DNA of 64,000 nucleotides from NCBI GenBank assembly GCA_965208575.1, contig CBDBOV010000004.1, positions 960,001 to 1,024,000 of the forward strand. Reading direction: 5' to 3'. A model generated the notes under the pieces. The model ran no database searches. It had not been told where the DNA came from and saw only the letters and a program-made list of their open reading frames with translations. Source of the stretch: Spirochaetia bacterium (GTDB lineage Bacteria; Spirochaetota; Spirochaetia; SZUA-6; Bin103). The position numbers and the translations under genes were made by a program. Of the stretch, positions 59,950 to 64,000 are shown piece by piece; position 1 is the stretch's first letter; each line of letters starts with the position of its first letter.

Positions 59950-61089
59950 CTATTGACACTTCTGGCGGCGCGTCTCGAACTCTTTTGTGCATATGAGACC
60001 CTTCAATTCGCAATCCACAATCCAGCGTTCCGACTCGCCACATAATGGAACCTCGCCGTCCCATCCTTCATTCGCTGATTCGCACCTGATACTGGTGCAT
60101 TCACCCAGAGTCGTAATCTCCGGCGTTTCCTTACCGTCGCAATTGAAATCGTATCTTCCGTCCATGTCAGGTGCGTCAAACCAATTCGTTTGGCCTGGGA
60201 AGACGGTGTCATCGAGATCCAGACAGTCTCCAGTCACGTCGGAGTATCCTGCGGTTTTCACAAAGTCAAATCGAACTTCACTACCGCCGACACCGTCGCC
60301 GTCCAGGTCCCGAAAGAACTCCTTTGTTGGCTCCTTCCCCAACTCGTCAGCAATCGATGGGATTGCGTCCGGATTGTAGTACGTGAACGGATCCCTGTAT
60401 CCGACGGCCGTGTCGGCACCATACTCCAGCGTCATCACCTTGCCGTCACGGCTCAGTGATACGAGGTCCATTTGCAGGAGGTCGGCAATGTTCACTCCGG
60501 TGTCGGCGTCGATCGAACTCCGAAAACGAAAGTCGATGGTACCATCACTTACCACGATCACTTCCGACAACAACCTCAACCTCGTTTCCGGCGACCCGTC
60601 AGAAGACCCGGCGGATGCCAAGACGCTGAGCAATTGCCTTCGGGTGTCCAAATCGAGTGACTGGATATGTTCAAGCAACCCCGCCAGGGTGACGCTTGCG
60701 ATGTACCCGTCGCGAATGGTGAGGGTGGCCTCCTCCATGTTTCCTAGCGCCGCCTCTATTCCCCCAACACTCGAGTTGGCGCGGAAGTACTTCACAGCCA
60801 ATCCAGTATAGTTGAAGGAAGCCGTGGCGTATTCCTCTTTTGTGAGCGGCAACTCACCCCAATCATCGTCGAGCACGATGGGTTGAATACTCCGGTCTAT
60901 GACAGTTCCCGCACCGTAGCCGCCTCCTAGTCCGAAAGATTCATACTCCTTGAAGGGAGACGGATCGGGATCGGGTGGCGGCGGACACGAAGCTGCCGCA
61001 AGCGTTACGAGCAACAACGGAACAAGAAGCAGCTTGGACGAATTGCCTGATGTGCCCGGCTTTCTCGTATACTCACGCGGTGGTGCCAT
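59950..61089 (-). CDS. Lipoprotein with unknown N-domain and Cys-rich MopE-related metal-binding C-terminal motif
   Basis: Lipobox LAAASC then PPPPDPDP; FFRDLDGDGVG..GDCLDLDDTVFPG..DFNCDG; AT-richer codon usage; GGAGG upstream. Confidence 0.75.
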   Translation of the reverse strand: MAPPREYTRKPGTSGNSSKLLLVPLLLVTLAAASCPPPPDPDPSPFKEYESFGLGGGYGAGTVIDRSIQPIVLDDDWGELPLTKEEYATASFNYTGLAVKYFRANSSVGGIEAALGNMEEATLTIRDGYIASVTLAGLLEHIQSLDLDTRRQLLSVLASAGSSDGSPETRLRLLSEVIVVSDGTIDFRFRSSIDADTGVNIADLLQMDLVSLSRDGKVMTLEYGADTAVGYRDPFTYYNPDAIPSIADELGKEPTKEFFRDLDGDGVGGSEVRFDFVKTAGYSDVTGDCLDLDDTVFPGQTNWFDAPDMDGRYDFNCDGKETPEITTLGECTSIRCESANEGWDGEVPLCGESERWIVDCELKGLICTKEFETRRQKCQ

Positions 61090-61119
61090 TGCTGTACCTC
61101 CAGTCCACGCACCGAGTGT

Positions 61120-61303
61120 GGTCAGAGTCGCGCGCGCAGGTCAAGAAGCAGCCTGACGGCGCGAGCTTCGTTGGCGAAGCGGCATGGGCGAGCCGGCGGC
61201 AACGGCCGGGATGTCGCGGCGGGCCAAACCGATCCACCTGGTCGGCGCAGCGTTCAGCCGCCAAACCCGCAACATCACCGCCTTCGACACCAGCGACGCC
61301 TGA
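61120..61303 (+). pseudogene. Degraded C-terminal fragment of AAA/PD-(D/E)XK (DUF1703-type) gene
   Basis: KPIHLVGAAFSRQTRNITAFDTSDA* resembles the family's PIHLIGVEFSxxxRNI..F end; upstream part frameshifted. Confidence 0.6.
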
Positions 61304-61403
61304 CGCGAGGGTGCAAGAGGCTCCACGTCGCCCGGCAGTCTCCTGATCCCGGCCCGTGAAGCGCGAGTGACCGCACGCCATTGTTCATAGCGAGGACCCA
61401 ACC

Positions 61404-62399
61404 ATGCTGCACGACGAAAACTACAAGCGTCTGTTCGCCTCCCCGCTCATGGTCCAGGATGTGCTGCGTGCCTGCCTGCCCGCCCACCGGCTGGCCGCCG
61501 CGGACTTCTCCAGCTTGGGCAAGCTCTCTGCCGAGTATGTCAGCGACGAACTGCGCACCCGCCACGGCGACACCGTCTGGCACCTGCGCCTGGGCCGACG
61601 GCGGGTGTTTCTGCTCATGCTGCTCGAGTTCCAGGCGCAGGACGATCACTGGATGGCGCTGCGCATCCTCACCTACAGCGGTCTGCTGTACCAGGAACTG
61701 GTGCGCAATCAGGCCCCGGAGGTGGCTGGCGAGCGCCTCCCGGCGGTGATGCCGGTGGTGCTCTACAACGGCACCGAGCCGTGGACCGCAGCCCGGAACA
61801 TGGGCGCCCTGATCACACCGGTGGGACCGTGGCTGGCGCCGTATCAGCCGGCCCAGCACTACTACCTGCTTGACTTGCAGCGGGTGCGGGCGGATGATCT
61901 TCCGTACCGCAACCTGCTGCGGGCGGTGGCGCGGCTGGAGCAGAGCCGGTCGCCGGAGGAAGTGGTGCGGGTGGTGCAGGCGTTGCGGCGCTGGTTGCCG
62001 AACCGGGGCGCGGAGGAGTTGCAGCGCGCGTTCGTGGATTGGGTACGTCAGATTGTCGGACGGCTGGCGCCGACGGGAGCGACGGTGCCGCCGCTACGGA
62101 CACTGGAGGAAGCGAGCATGACGTTGGTCGAACGGGTCGCCGAATGGCCCAAGCAGTGGCTCCGTGAAGGCCGTGAACAGGGCGTTGCGGAAGGCCGCGA
62201 ACAAGGTGTTGACGAGCAACGGGCACTGTTGTGCCGGATGGCGGGGGCGCGCTTCGACGCCGAAACCGCCGTTCGCCTGGCCGACCTGCTGGCGCCGATC
62301 TCCGACCCGGAACACTTGGCCGAGGTCGGCGACTGGCTGGTGCGTTGCGACACCGCAGACAGGTTTCTCGCCCGCTTCGATCCCGCATCACCAACCTGA
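61404..62399 (+). CDS. Rpn/YhgA-family recombination-promoting nuclease/putative transposase
   Basis: HDENYKRLF, RHGDTVW, LLEFQ, MALRILTY, LPAVMPVVLYNG..PW, EGREQGV repeats. Confidence 0.92.
   Translation: MLHDENYKRLFASPLMVQDVLRACLPAHRLAAADFSSLGKLSAEYVSDELRTRHGDTVWHLRLGRRRVFLLMLLEFQAQDDHWMALRILTYSGLLYQELVRNQAPEVAGERLPAVMPVVLYNGTEPWTAARNMGALITPVGPWLAPYQPAQHYYLLDLQRVRADDLPYRNLLRAVARLEQSRSPEEVVRVVQALRRWLPNRGAEELQRAFVDWVRQIVGRLAPTGATVPPLRTLEEASMTLVERVAEWPKQWLREGREQGVAEGREQGVDEQRALLCRMAGARFDAETAVRLADLLAPISDPEHLAEVGDWLVRCDTADRFLARFDPASPT
62118..62399 (+). CDS. Candidate intragenic small Rpn protein (Rpn-S antitoxin), in frame with rpn
   Basis: GGAGGA (62105-62110), 7-nt spacer, in-frame ATG 62118 at the start of the C-terminal domain. 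Confidence 0.55.
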   Translation: MTLVERVAEWPKQWLREGREQGVAEGREQGVDEQRALLCRMAGARFDAETAVRLADLLAPISDPEHLAEVGDWLVRCDTADRFLARFDPASPT

Positions 62400-62556
62400 C
62401 ACTTGCAGTCCGAGCTGCCCGCGCGCAGCCGCCCGAACGGTAGTTCGGGGCACTTCTGCCTGCCATGCAGCGATAGGTGTACCTCCTCAGGTCTAGAGGT
62501 TTAGCAAGCGCTCGCGCAGGTAGGTCGATAGGTACAGAGTGTGCGCTCGGCGAACA

Positions 62557-62578
62557 AGATCAGATTGGTTTCTGATCT
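62557..62578. repeat. 8-bp perfect inverted repeat between convergent genes
   Basis: AGATCAGA-TTGGTT-TCTGATCT. Confidence 0.5.
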
Positions 62579-62670
62579 GGCCGGACTTGATGATTGCCTC
62601 GATCGCCCTCCTCGTGCTTGCGGATTCACCGTGCTTTTCGGCATATTCACTATTTGGTCACGTACCGTCC

Positions 62671-64000
62671 TCACGGGAGGTTCAGGGGTATGGACACGGC
62701 GGCTTCCGGCTCGCGGTATACGCGGTAGGTCGGGACTTCGGAGCCGTCTCGCGACATGTGCATGTGAAACAGGGCGGTGTCGGTGGCCGGGTCGTATTCG
62801 GTCACCGCGATCCTGGCTGCCGGGTCGGCCGCCTGCACGCCGCGGCGCACGCCCCAGGTGATCAGCCAGTGGCCGTTGCTCAGCACGGTGACGCCTCCCC
62901 AGTGGTCGGCGGCGCCCTGGCTCGCCGGGAGGCGGAACTCGCGGACGTAGGCGGCATGGGTGCCGGAGGAAACGTCGTACTCCACCACGCGCGTGAACCG
63001 CGGACGGTCCTTGCGCGGCCCGGAGCAGCCGATGCCGTTGTCGAACAGAATCACCCTGCCGCCGCCGGTCAGCGTCGCCTGGTGCTGGCCGCAGAACTCG
63101 TTGTCCGCGCCGTCGTCTCCGACCAGCTCGAGGTACTCGGTGCCGGCGGGTCGCGACGGCGCCGTTCCGCCGAGCTGCCACTTCACGGTGCCCGTGTTCC
63201 CGGAACGGTCGATGCGCAGCACCTGCGAGCAGGTCCAGAACGAAGCGATGATGTCGCCGCCCGAGATCTGCATGGAGTTGAGGTGCGCGTAGTCCTTGCT
63301 CGGCTCGCAATCCGACCGCGCGAAATGGTCCCACGAACTCCAGCGGAACACTTCGTTGCCGTGCGGGGTAACTTCCTGGATCACCGAGTCGAGGTAGACG
63401 CCGCGGCAGGACTGCGGGGCCGCGCACGGGTCGCGCGTCGCCGGTTGGTAGGCCACGAACAGGAAGTTCCCGTCGCGGGTGATCAGGAATTCGTGCCGGT
63501 CGGCGCGGTCGAGGTCGCCGACGACGTTCACCGTGCGTATCGCGGCGAGTTGTTCATCGAGCAAATCCACCCCGTCGCGCCGGCTGACCGAGTAGCGGAC
63601 GCGCCGGCCGTCGATCAGCGGCCCGGTGGCGTGCGGCCTGAAGTTGCGCAGGGTGGGGTCGCCCCGGCGGTGGAATCTCGGTACGCCGTTGTTGTCGACG
63701 ATCGCCAGGAAGGGTCTCTGGGTGACGAACAACAGTCCCTCCGACACGCTCGCCGACTTCTGCAGGATACGGATGCGGGGGAAGTCGGCGGGCAGGCAAT
63801 GCACGACGTAGGTGGAGCGGGCGGCGCCGCGCCGCACTTCGATGGCCACGTCGTGATCGGCGGCCACGGGCAACCGGTGGTCGAGGCGGTGCGTGGCGGC
63901 GTGGTTCCTGCCCTGGTCGCGGCGCAGCAGAGTCAGGCGGGAGGTCGCGGCGCCGGCCTGCGCCACGACCCGCAGCGCGGCGCGGTCGGCACACGGGAGG
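62671..64000 (-). CDS. Arylsulfate sulfotransferase (ASST)-like beta-propeller protein, 5'-partial
   Basis: YVVHCLPADFP, DRHEF, DSVIQE, DYAHLNS, KWQLGG, FCGQHQA, LFDNG, TRVVEY, LSNGHWLITWG, YRVYR; frame open to window edge. Confidence 0.82.
   Translation of the reverse strand, partial: LPCADRAALRVVAQAGAATSRLTLLRRDQGRNHAATHRLDHRLPVAADHDVAIEVRRGAARSTYVVHCLPADFPRIRILQKSASVSEGLLFVTQRPFLAIVDNNGVPRFHRRGDPTLRNFRPHATGPLIDGRRVRYSVSRRDGVDLLDEQLAAIRTVNVVGDLDRADRHEFLITRDGNFLFVAYQPATRDPCAAPQSCRGVYLDSVIQEVTPHGNEVFRWSSWDHFARSDCEPSKDYAHLNSMQISGGDIIASFWTCSQVLRIDRSGNTGTVKWQLGGTAPSRPAGTEYLELVGDDGADNEFCGQHQATLTGGGRVILFDNGIGCSGPRKDRPRFTRVVEYDVSSGTHAAYVREFRLPASQGAADHWGGVTVLSNGHWLITWGVRRGVQAADPAARIAVTEYDPATDTALFHMHMSRDGSEVPTYRVYREPEAAVSIPLNLP

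Overview
High-GC bacterial chromosome window. The lineage cannot be confirmed; the protein types (Treponema/Bacteroides-type GuaB, archaeal/eukaryote-type ProRS, M16C peptidase, HMG-CoA synthase) hint at a free-living or host-associated spirochaete. The middle is mostly housekeeping and catabolic genes: pckA, hisS, serS, proS, DAHP synthase, guaB, leuB, hpt, a PBP, a ProVWX betaine ABC transporter, sulfatase, amidase and a sulfite-oxidase-family enzyme. The left ~10 kb is accessory: an IS1380 end that truncates an AAA-ATPase/DUF4276 pair, rtcB, a VapBC TA module with a clear promoter and operator, and an Xre/RES TA module. The main result is a tightly coupled 9.4-kb aromatic-carotenoid operon (48.9-58.3 kb): HMG-CoA synthase, GGPP synthase, crtY, crtI, crtB, a single ORF fusing a CrtT-like methyltransferase to a CrtU-like desaturase, and a Rieske CrtV-like gene. 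The right end is a second accessory patch. It holds two remnants of an AAA/PD-(D/E)XK gene flanking a foreign lipoprotein gene with a possibly gasdermin-like core, an Rpn gene with a strong internal Shine-Dalgarno/ATG (candidate intragenic antitoxin), and a partial arylsulfotransferase-like gene. No rRNA, tRNA or CRISPR array was seen. All family calls come from motif recognition by eye, without database searches.
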